In this document: positions 1 through 8,031 of the stretch, piece after piece
How the letters are laid out: each line of letters opens with the position of its first letter
Position numbering within the stretch: position 1 is the stretch's first letter
NCBI GenBank assembly: GCA_050945695.1
Contig: JBMNTK010000001.1
Location: 7,729-71,728, forward strand
Length of the DNA stretch: 64,000 nt
Direction of reading: 5' to 3'
DNA from: Anaerolineae bacterium
Lineage (GTDB): Bacteria; Chloroflexota; Anaerolineae; DRVO01
Program-made: the position numbers and the translations under genes
Notes under the pieces: generated by a model
What the model saw: only the letters and a program-made list of their open reading frames with translations
The model's database searches: none
What the model was told of the DNA's origin: nothing

Positions 1-622
1 CGTACACGGCGGCCTGAGTACGGTCGGCCAGGTGCAGTTTGCTCAGGATGTTGCTCACGTGTCCCTTGACGGTCTTTTCACTGATGTAGAGCTTGGCCGC
101 AATCTCGGAGTTGGACAACCCGTCCGCAATGAGGCGCAGCAGCTCCAGCTCTCGGTCCGTGAGCTCCGTGAAGGGGTTCGGCGCGTCCTCTCTGGTGCCC
201 TGAAGCTCACGGATCACGCGCGCCGCCACCCGTGGGTGCAGCACGGCCTCCCCGGCCGCGGCCTTGCGCACGGCGTCCGCCAGTTCCACCGGCCCGATGT
301 CCTTGAGCACGTAAGATAGGGCGCCCGCTCGGAGCGCGGGGAAAATGTGCTCGTCCTCGTGGTAGGAGGTGAGCACGATCACCTGGGTATGGGGGCTGGC
401 CCGCCTGATCTGGCGGGTAGCCTCCACCCCGTCCATCCCTGGCATGATGAGGTCCATCAGCACCACGTCCGGCAGCTGCTCAGCCAGAAATGCCACAGCC
501 TCCTCTCCCGATCCCGCCTCTCCGATCACCTCGATGTCGGGCAAGGTGTCCAGGAAGGCACGGACCCCCTGGCGCACCAAGGCATGGTCGTCTACCAGCA
601 GCACCGATATGGGTTCAGCCAT
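1..622 (-). CDS. Two-component response regulator, NarL/LuxR family (5' partial at window edge; C-terminal HTH runs off coordinate 1)
   Basis: Reverse translation gives MAEPISVLLVDDHALVRQGVRAFL... receiver domain plus LuxR-type HTH (ELTDRELELLRLIADGLSNSEIAAKLYISEKTVKGHVSNI). ATG complement at 620-622 overlaps the upstream HK stop by 8 nt. Confidence 0.85.
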   Translation of the reverse strand, partial: MAEPISVLLVDDHALVRQGVRAFLDTLPDIEVIGEAGSGEEAVAFLAEQLPDVVLMDLIMPGMDGVEATRQIRRASPHTQVIVLTSYHEDEHIFPALRAGALSYVLKDIGPVELADAVRKAAAGEAVLHPRVAARVIRELQGTREDAPNPFTELTDRELELLRLIADGLSNSEIAAKLYISEKTVKGHVSNILSKLHLADRTQAAVY

Positions 623-2118
623 GCAGCGTCCTCCCCGAGTCCCCGGTCGCCCTTTCGGGGAACCGGAAGGTGAGCGTGGTGCCATGTCCGGGTGCACTTC
701 GCACTTCCATCCGTCCGCCGAGTGCCTCTACTCGCTCCCGCATTGACTTGAGCCCCAATCCCGGCCCGGTCGTGGTCGGATCGAAGCCCTTGCCGTCGTC
801 GGAGACGGACACAGAGAAGCCGTCCTCCTGCCATTCCAGGGTCACCGATGCCGACCCCGCTTCGCTGTGGCGGGCTACGTTGGAGAGGGCTTCCTGCGCT
901 ACTCGGAAGAGGGCATGCTCCACATCTACCGGCAGCGGCCGCTCACCGTGCACCTGTAGCCTGACTTGTACCCCCGTCTGTCCGGACCAGGACGGGATGT
1001 GTTCGCGCAGCGCCTGGGCCAGGCTCCGGCCCTCGAGCGCCGCCGGCCGCAGCTGTCGCACCAGGCCGGTCAACTCGCGCTGGGCCTGCTGCGTCAGTCG
1101 GGCCGCCTCCTCCAGTCGAGCGGATGCTGCCTGAGGGTCACTCTCCAGGAGTGCCTGAGCCGCCGCCAGCTGCATGGAGATGGCGAATACCTGCTGCTTC
1201 ACGCTGTCATGCAGGTCGCGGGCGAGTCTAGTCCGTTCCTCCATGGCCGCCAATTGGTGCCGGGCGTGCAGCAAGTTCTGCAGCTGCTCCGCCATGCGGT
1301 TGAGGTGGTGGGCCAGCTCGCCTATCTCATCCTGCGAGTCGTCCCGAGTGACCGTGGAGAAATCGCCCTGGCTCCAGGAGTCGGCGGCGTGCGCCAACCG
1401 GCGCAGCCGCCGAGTGAGGCCGCGGGCGGTGAAGGAGCCGAAGAGGGTGCCGACGGCGCCCGCCAGGATGATGAATATGCCGGCGCTCATGAGCACGGTC
1501 AGTCCTAGTTCGGAGATCGCCGTGGAGTCGAGTGTAGGTGGCTTCATGCCCAGGGCGAGGGCCCCCAGTAGCTGATCTCCGTCCTGAACCGGGGCGACTA
1601 CCACCAACTCGCCGTTTTCACCCCGGCCATAGAAGCCTCCGGGATCTCCCTCTCCTGCCAGCACGCGTTGCAGGATGGGATCCGCCCCAGGCAAGTCGCT
1701 GGGATGGTATGTCTTGCCCATGCGTGTCGGCCTCTGAGGGAGCGATGCCAGCAGCCGCCCGGATGCGTCGAGCACCAGTATCTGCATGCCCCCACCGCGA
1801 TCGTCCAGCCGGATGGAGAAGGCCTGGTTCGTCTCGACCGTGCGCTCTTGCTGGAAGAAGCTCTCGATCAAGTACTGAAGCCCCTCCGCGTCCGGGGGGT
1901 TGGTGATCAGGTAGGGCTTGGCCAACGGAGTGATCTGGCCGGCGGCCTGGCTTGCCAGGGACCGGATGAGGATGTCGCTATGGGTGAGCGCCAGCAACAG
2001 CCCCGCCAGCACCAGGACCTCCACCACCACCAGTGCCGCCACCGTCACCAGTGTGTAGGTGAGTGTGAGCTTCCATCGAAGCCGTCGCAGCGGCCTCAGG
2101 GACAGTCTGGGGATCATC
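615..2118 (-). CDS. Sensor histidine kinase (TM-periplasmic-TM, HAMP, HisKA_3, HATPase_c)
   Basis: ORF 615..2318; likely true start at internal MIPRLSLRPLRR (~2118). H-box LHDSVKQQVFAISMQL; ATPase G-box GLGLKSMRERVEALGG. Translationally coupled to the downstream NarL-type RR. Confidence 0.85.
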
Positions 2119-2364
2119 CTATCCGTTCCGCCTGGTGTGTCGTGGTGGGTGGCTGGACAGCCGAGACACCTGCACATGGCGCGCCTCGGCTGAGAACCGC
2201 AAGGGCAGACCTCGTACTTGCCTGGCCAAGCCACGCCGCCAACCGCCCCTTGCGGGACCGGGTGGCAGGCCGCGTGCATGCGGCCTGCAGAGTAACCCGA
2301 CCGGCCTGGCCCCGGCAAGGGCCCAGAGGCAGGGTAGCATACCCAGACCTCTGGGCCGTACCGC

Positions 2365-3210
2365 TCAAGCCGTCAAGTCCTGCCGCCGGAAGGACCAGAC
2401 CGCCAGGCCGAGAAAGACTACCACATAGCCGGCGATGAGGGCCGCCGCCGGCATCGGGTCGAGGAGTTGAGCGACCAGAGGCTCGGAGTCCATTCGAATC
2501 TGGACGAACTGCTCAGAGGTGAAGAGCAGGCTCTGAGCCAGCTTGCTGGGCAGGAACTGCCCGATTCGGGCCACGCTGTCGTTGGCCAGCGACAGCAACT
2601 GGATGAGCAGCCCCTCCACCATGAAGGCGAAGGCGATGGTGATCCCCAGGCCGGCGGTGGTGGAGCGAGTGACGACGGTGACGAACAGGGTGATGGCGGC
2701 GTAGGGAAGCAGCGTGTAGGTGGTGTACAGGGCCCGAAGCGCCGCCTTACCCACGTTCAGGTCTACCAGGTTCACGCTGCCATCGGCCTGCAGGGTCACC
2801 AGAGCACTGCCGATGGCTCCGGTCACCAGGGCCGTGAGGACCAGCAGGGCTAGCGGGGCCAGGAAGCTGGCGAACTTCACCACCAGCAGGGTGGTGCGGG
2901 ACAGGCCGCGGCTGAGCCACAGGTGCATCGTCCGCCAGGTGTACTCCTGCCCCACGGCCACGGCCACCAGGATGATGGCCAGGTAGCCGCCGAGTGAGCT
3001 GCCGCCCGCTGTGCTCAGGGACTCGTACACCCCATTGGGCCAACCCATGCTTGCGACCAACTCCTGGACCGGACCCGTGCCCATCTTGGTCATGGGGACC
3101 ATGAGGGCGTAGAGCAGCAGCACCAACAGACCCATCACTGCCATTTCGATCCAGATCAGCTTGCGCCGATAGAGCTTGCTGTTCTCCATGCGGAAGGTGT
3201 TGTAGGCCAT
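2365..3210 (-). CDS. ABC-2 type transporter permease
   Basis: 281 aa, six predicted TM helices, immediately downstream of the ABC ATPase. Confidence 0.75.
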   Translation of the reverse strand: MAYNTFRMENSKLYRRKLIWIEMAVMGLLVLLLYALMVPMTKMGTGPVQELVASMGWPNGVYESLSTAGGSSLGGYLAIILVAVAVGQEYTWRTMHLWLSRGLSRTTLLVVKFASFLAPLALLVLTALVTGAIGSALVTLQADGSVNLVDLNVGKAALRALYTTYTLLPYAAITLFVTVVTRSTTAGLGITIAFAFMVEGLLIQLLSLANDSVARIGQFLPSKLAQSLLFTSEQFVQIRMDSEPLVAQLLDPMPAAALIAGYVVVFLGLAVWSFRRQDLTA

Positions 3211-3265
3211 TCTAGTCTCCTCAAACCTGCGGTGTGCGGCTTACTCCGGCGTGTACGAAGTATGG

Positions 3266-4234
3266 TCAGTTGGGGATGTGCTGCTTGCCCAACGATGGAT
3301 CGGTGGCGGTGGACGATGCCTCCGCTGCCTCGTCACTCTGCTGCGTCAAGTCCAGGAACAGGGACTCGAGGTCTGGCCGTGAGGTGGTGACCTCAGCCGG
3401 GACGATGCCATGGGCGGTCAGGTGCCGCACCACGCTCTCCGCCGGCACCCCGCTCACCTGTACGTAGCGGCCGTTTCCCTGAACTGCACTCACTCCGGGC
3501 AGGGTGCGGAGTGCCTGGGCGGCCGGTTCCGGCGCTGTCACCTGCACCTTCACTACTTCCTGGCTGTTCATCAGGTCCTCGACCGAGCCCTGGGCCACGA
3601 CGCGCCCGCGGTTCAGCACTGCCACCCGGTCGCAGACCTGCTCCACCTCGTGCAGGAGGTGGCTGCTCAGGAAGACGGTCATGCCCTCGGAGGCAAGCTG
3701 GCGCAGGAGCGTGCGCACGTCCCGCATGCCGGCGGGGTCCATGCCGTTGGTGGGCTCGTCCAGGATGAGCAGCTCCGGCCGGTGAAGCAGTGCCATGGCC
3801 AGGCCCAGTCGCTGCTTCATACCGGTGGAGTAGCGGCCGGCGGCCCGGTCGGCGGCCCCGCTGAGGCCCACCTGGGCCAGGACCTCGGCGATGCGCTCGT
3901 CGGTCACGCCCGGGTGGAGCCTCGCCAGCAGCTCCAGGTTCCTTCGGGCGGAGAGGTAGGGGACGATGGCCGGAGAGCCCACTAGAGCTCCCACCCTGCT
4001 CAAAGCCCGGGTACGCGACGGGGACACCCTCTCGCCAAACAGCCGGATCTCGCCCGCGGTGGGGTGGATGAGCCCCAGAAGCATTCCGATGGTGGTGGTC
4101 TTTCCGGCGCCGTTAGGGCCCAGGAAACCGAAGACCTCCGCCGGCTGCACCGACAACGAGATGCCGTCCACCGCCTTCAGCGGACCGAACGTCTTCCTGA
4201 GCTCCCTGATGTCTAGGACCGATGTATGAGCCAT
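3266..4234 (-). CDS. ABC transporter ATP-binding protein (ABC-2/drug-exporter type)
   Basis: Walker A GPNGAGKTTT, signature YSTGMKQRLGLAMAL, Walker B LLILDEPTNGMD. ATG at 4232-4234. Confidence 0.9.
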   Translation of the reverse strand: MAHTSVLDIRELRKTFGPLKAVDGISLSVQPAEVFGFLGPNGAGKTTTIGMLLGLIHPTAGEIRLFGERVSPSRTRALSRVGALVGSPAIVPYLSARRNLELLARLHPGVTDERIAEVLAQVGLSGAADRAAGRYSTGMKQRLGLAMALLHRPELLILDEPTNGMDPAGMRDVRTLLRQLASEGMTVFLSSHLLHEVEQVCDRVAVLNRGRVVAQGSVEDLMNSQEVVKVQVTAPEPAAQALRTLPGVSAVQGNGRYVQVSGVPAESVVRHLTAHGIVPAEVTTSRPDLESLFLDLTQQSDEAAEASSTATDPSLGKQHIPN

Positions 4235-4460
4235 GTCACGGTCTCCTTACCGCTGTGAGCTTACGCGGTAAGGTTATCCGTGGAGGGGGCTGGGGTCAGC
4301 GGTCTAGAGATCTATTCTGAGTGGGGCTGTAGTCCTGTTTCTGCCGGGCTCTGGCCGGACCAGGGATCCGGACCGGCGGCTCCGGCCGTCCTGCGGGGTC
4401 GGCTAGGCGCCGGCGAGTAGCGGGCACTCAAGTGCAATCGCGGCGTTTCGCCAGCACTTC

Positions 4461-4646
4461 GTGAAGCCAGGATACATAGAGGCGGAGTACAGCGAAATCT
4501 ACGGCCGGATCATGGATGATAGACACGTCAGCGACTATGATGTAGAAGCCGCTATCGAGCCCGAGCTTGCTCGGCGTGACCTGGAGGACGCGCATCGGCT
4601 GGTGTGTCGTGCTGAGTGCTACTTGAGTGAAGGAGGCTGGCTGTGA
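4461..4646 (+). CDS. HEPN-domain protein (short/truncated), putative toxin partner of the downstream nucleotidyltransferase
   Basis: 61 aa from a GTG; Rx4-6H HEPN motif (RRDLEDAHRLV). No in-frame ATG upstream, so possibly N-terminally truncated. GTGA overlap with the next gene. Confidence 0.5.
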   Translation: MKPGYIEAEYSEIYGRIMDDRHVSDYDVEAAIEPELARRDLEDAHRLVCRAECYLSEGGWL

Positions 4647-5011
4647 GCCGTTCGCTTAGCTCCCTCCTCTCTCCGAACGAGTACAACGCGGTACTGAGAT
4701 TCGTCGAGCTGCTATACGAGCGGTACCCCGGACAGATTCGGGAGGCCATGCTCTTTGGGTCAAAGGCACGCGGGGACAGCCGGCCCGGGTCCGACATAGA
4801 CATCCTGATAGTCGTAGATAGCGATGACTGGCGCCTCCGCCATGCGATCAGCACCGTTGCCGCCGGCGTTTCTCTGGAGCACGACGTGCTCATCGGCTCA
4901 CTGGTTATCAGCCTGAACCGGTGGAGGCACATGGGGGAACGGCATGCCAGTCTCTACGAGAGGATCACTGCTGAAGGTGTCCCCCTAAGCCGCACGGCCA
5001 CGGTGCCCTAG
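4643..5011 (+). CDS. Minimal nucleotidyltransferase (MNT/Pol-beta superfamily), putative antitoxin
   Basis: GSxxxGxxxxxSDxDxxxV motif: LFGSKARGDSRPGSDIDILIVVD. Confidence 0.75.
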   Translation: MSRSLSSLLSPNEYNAVLRFVELLYERYPGQIREAMLFGSKARGDSRPGSDIDILIVVDSDDWRLRHAISTVAAGVSLEHDVLIGSLVISLNRWRHMGERHASLYERITAEGVPLSRTATVP

Positions 5012-5055
5012 CTTCGTCCGCCCTCGTGCTGCCAGTGAGGTCGCTGGCCCCCGGT

Positions 5056-5967
5056 TCACCCAACGGTGAACCGGGGCTCTCGCACTACCACCGTCCCCCC
5101 GTGCCAGTGGCTGGCGTTGGTTCCCCCGTAGCGGGTGTTATCCCCGAAGCAGAAGTGGCAAGTGCCACGCACTGCCTCGTCCTCCATGAGAACCCCGGAC
5201 GGCCGGGCCCCGCCATTGCCGCCAACACCCACCTCGGCCAGGCGGCGGTTGGCTTCACCCTCATCGAAGCGGCGCTCCATCTCCTCGACGTACATCCGGA
5301 AGAGCCGGTCGGTTGGGTCAGGGCAGCGCATAGAGACCAGCCGGCCTCCTTCTAGCTGCAGCTCTATGGGGGACGACACCAGCCCGTAGAAGACGCTCAG
5401 GTCGGCCACGATCACTCCCTCGGCCGACCCCTCCGCCGGGGCGGTGAGGACCTCGGTGAGCCCGCACAGCTGCCAGTCTCGGGAGCGGAAGGTAAGGTCG
5501 GTGCCACCGGGGGCGGTGACACGTACGGTGGTGGACTCCGGCAGGGTCTGCCGCAGGCTCTCAAGGTAAGCGCGGTCCTCTTGGGGGTCGGAGGCGTAGA
5601 TGCGCAGGAAGCTCTCTCGGGCTATGACCGTGTCAACGAAAAGGGGCGACGGGCGTACGTCGAGGCTGGGCTGGCCATCGCGCATGAGGAAGTAGCGGGC
5701 GAGGCCCTGCCGGGACCACATGGCGTGGGAGAGCAGGACTATGAGGCCGATGTTGGCGTCTGCGAATGCCTCCCTGACCGCGGGCGGCAAGTTGGGGGCA
5801 TCGTCGGGGACGAAAAGGAGCCTGGGGTGAGCGCCGCGCTCGCTCAGGCCCCGGGCCAGGGCCTCGGCTAGATCCGCCTTCTCTTGGGGGTAGACGATGG
5901 TGACCCGCTGGCCCGCCGGTGCCCGGAGGTGGTAGTCCAGGATGTTGGCGACGGCCTGCTGTATCAT
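5056..5967 (-). CDS. M29/AmpS-like aminopeptidase-family protein (short form); paralog of 36170..37135
   Basis: 303 aa; C-terminal GTCHFCFGDN...GGTNASHWH motif. Shares motif order with the protein at 36170..37135. Family assignment is tentative. Confidence 0.45.
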   Translation of the reverse strand: MIQQAVANILDYHLRAPAGQRVTIVYPQEKADLAEALARGLSERGAHPRLLFVPDDAPNLPPAVREAFADANIGLIVLLSHAMWSRQGLARYFLMRDGQPSLDVRPSPLFVDTVIARESFLRIYASDPQEDRAYLESLRQTLPESTTVRVTAPGGTDLTFRSRDWQLCGLTEVLTAPAEGSAEGVIVADLSVFYGLVSSPIELQLEGGRLVSMRCPDPTDRLFRMYVEEMERRFDEGEANRRLAEVGVGGNGGARPSGVLMEDEAVRGTCHFCFGDNTRYGGTNASHWHGGTVVVREPRFTVG

Positions 5968-5979
5968 CTCGGTGGGGAA

Positions 5980-6170
5980 GGGATATCACCGCAGAGACCG
6001 CTGAGATCGCGGAGGAAAGGAAAAACGGAAAGAGAGTCAGCAAAAGGTGAGGCGCCTGCGAATGCATGCTTCGCCTGTTCCACGGGCCAATCCCGTCCTT
6101 TCAGCCGCTCTTCCGCTCCCTTTCCTCTTCCCCTCTCTGCGCTCTCTGCGGTCTCTGCGGTGAATTCCCC
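5980..6170. mobile_element. MITE-like non-coding inverted-repeat element, copy 1 (~190 bp)
   Basis: Terminal inverted repeats gggatatcaccgcagagaccgc (5980-6001) and gcggtctctgcggtgaattcccc (6148-6170). Internal ctctgcg heptad tandem and hairpin gcgaatgcatgcttcgc. Second copy at 42144-42350. Confidence 0.6.
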
Positions 6171-6391
6171 TATATGCCTTTGAGGATGTTGCCCAGGGCG
6201 AGCACCGCGAAGGCGGCCGTGACCAGCCAGAAGGGACCGTCAGGCCCCAGGCCGACGTCCACCAGCCACGTTGCCACTCCCACCACTGCCAGCAGCAGCG
6301 ACAGATTCCAGGTTACTCGCTTGGGCGGGCTCAACTGCATCGCTGTCACCTCCCCACGTGTGTAGCGAGGGCAGGTGACAGCGATATCCAT
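6170..6391 (-). CDS. Small two-TM membrane protein (hypothetical), downstream of PspA
   Basis: 73-aa ORF (or 56 aa from MQLSPPKR) with two hydrophobic helices. No homology recognised and it overlaps the repeat element end, so low confidence. Confidence 0.3.
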   Translation of the reverse strand: MDIAVTCPRYTRGEVTAMQLSPPKRVTWNLSLLLAVVGVATWLVDVGLGPDGPFWLVTAAFAVLALGNILKGI

Positions 6392-6406
6392 GCCAAGACC
6401 CGGCGG

Positions 6407-7123
6407 CTAGCCCTGGTCCAGGTCCTTGCCTGCTGTCAGCTGGGCCTGGCCGGCGGCTGCCTTGAGCGCCAGCAGCTCCGCCTCGATCTCCAGGTCAGTC
6501 TCGCCCCGTTCTAGCGCCTCCAGCCGGGACTCGGGCGTGCCCGCCATCAGCTCCTGGCGGGCGGCCACTTCGGCCTCTTTCTCCCGAATGCGCCGCTCCA
6601 TGCGCTCGATCTGGCTGCTGGGGTCATAGACCGAGATGCTGCTGATGGTCTTCTCGGTGGTGCGCTGTATCTGTTCCTGGGCCCGGGCGGCCCGGAAGCG
6701 GGCGAGCAGCGAATCGCGGTTGGCCCGCAGGTCGGCGTAACGGGACTCCAGCAAGGCCAGCTCGGACTTGAGCTTGTTGAGCACGGGCTCCTGCGCCGCC
6801 AGCATCCGCTCCTGAGCCTGGGCGTTGGCCTCATAGTCCCGCTTGCGGATCAGGCACTCGCGGGCCAGGGCATCGTCTCCCTGAGCGACGGCCAGTTCGG
6901 CGTTGCGCCGCCACTTCTCGGCCAGCTCTCGCGCCTGCTCCAGGTCGCGCTGGATGAGCTTCTGCTGCGCCACCGCCTCCACCACCTGCTCCCGGGCTTC
7001 GCGGATGCCGTCATACATGTCCCGGAGGATCTGGTCTAGCATGACCTCGGGGTTCTCGGCCCGTTCCAAGGCGTCGTTGATGTTGGCGCGGATGAGGGTC
7101 GTGATACGGTTGAGGACTGACAT
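6407..7123 (-). CDS. pspA: PspA/IM30 family protein (phage-shock protein A-like)
   Basis: MSVLNRITTLIRANINDALERAENPEVMLDQILRDMYDGIREAREQVVEA... typical PspA coiled-coil. RBS ggaggtggttggaATG. Confidence 0.85.
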   Translation of the reverse strand: MSVLNRITTLIRANINDALERAENPEVMLDQILRDMYDGIREAREQVVEAVAQQKLIQRDLEQARELAEKWRRNAELAVAQGDDALARECLIRKRDYEANAQAQERMLAAQEPVLNKLKSELALLESRYADLRANRDSLLARFRAARAQEQIQRTTEKTISSISVYDPSSQIERMERRIREKEAEVAARQELMAGTPESRLEALERGETDLEIEAELLALKAAAGQAQLTAGKDLDQG

Positions 7124-7191
7124 TCCAACCACCTCCCATTAGCTGCCCGACAGGGCTACGACACAACCAAGCGGTAACACGTTTGGGTGAG

Positions 7192-7971
7192 CTAGAGGCC
7201 GCGGGCAAGCTCTCCCGCGGCTTCGGCGACGGCTTGCAGGCGCGCTGCCACCTGGGCCAGGTCACTCTCGCTCTGGCCGGCGGAGAGCGTCACCTGGGCC
7301 AGGCCCTCGCGGGCGGCCAGGACGGCCCCACTGAACCGGCCCAGCTTCTCCACCTCGCGCTCCACCGCCTCCTCCATGGCCGGGGTACGCACCCCCTGGG
7401 CCGACGCGGCAGCGGCGCTGGCAGCGGTGCGGGCCAGGGCAAGGCCGGCCTCCCGCAGGTCGTCGTGGACCCGATCCACCAGGGTGGAGGGGGCCCCGCT
7501 GGCGCGAGCAATGCCCGCCCCCTCGCGAAGGGCCGCCAGTTCGGAGGTGGCCCACAGGAGCTGCACCTTCAGCCGCTCGTAGGGCTCGCCGCTGATGGCG
7601 CCCTCGATCAGCCGGGCAGCCTCTGCCTGGCGCCCACGCTCCAAGCAGTCTCGGAGCCTCTCTTCGAAGGAAAGGCCCTCTCCGGGGCGGCCGATGCGGG
7701 TCCTCGGGTTGCCGAAGGTCTCGCCCATCCACCGGCCCACGGCCTGAGCTAGCCCCAGGATGGCGGTGGTGGAGAGTCCGGCGCCCAGGGCCACCCACCA
7801 TAGGGAGCGCAGGGCCACGGCCATGAGCAGGTAGATCAGGGGCGGCACCAGGGCGGCGATCACGCTCAGGCCCGGGCGGCGGTCCAGCCCTTCCAGCTCG
7901 CGGAACAGGCGCACCGAGCCCATCCATAGGAGCGTCGCTACCACTAAGTGATACAGTACCAGCAGGATCAC
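7192..7971 (-). CDS. Membrane-anchored coiled-coil protein (hypothetical), upstream of pspA in the same operon
   Basis: 259 aa; three N-terminal TM helices then an Ala/Glu-rich helical region; high GC3 coding bias. Confidence 0.5.
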   Translation of the reverse strand: MILLVLYHLVVATLLWMGSVRLFRELEGLDRRPGLSVIAALVPPLIYLLMAVALRSLWWVALGAGLSTTAILGLAQAVGRWMGETFGNPRTRIGRPGEGLSFEERLRDCLERGRQAEAARLIEGAISGEPYERLKVQLLWATSELAALREGAGIARASGAPSTLVDRVHDDLREAGLALARTAASAAAASAQGVRTPAMEEAVEREVEKLGRFSGAVLAAREGLAQVTLSAGQSESDLAQVAARLQAVAEAAGELARGL

Positions 7972-8031
7972 GGCTGCTCCCGGCTAGCTGACCCTATGCG
8001 CCGACGCTCTGCCTGACGACCCGAACGGCCC

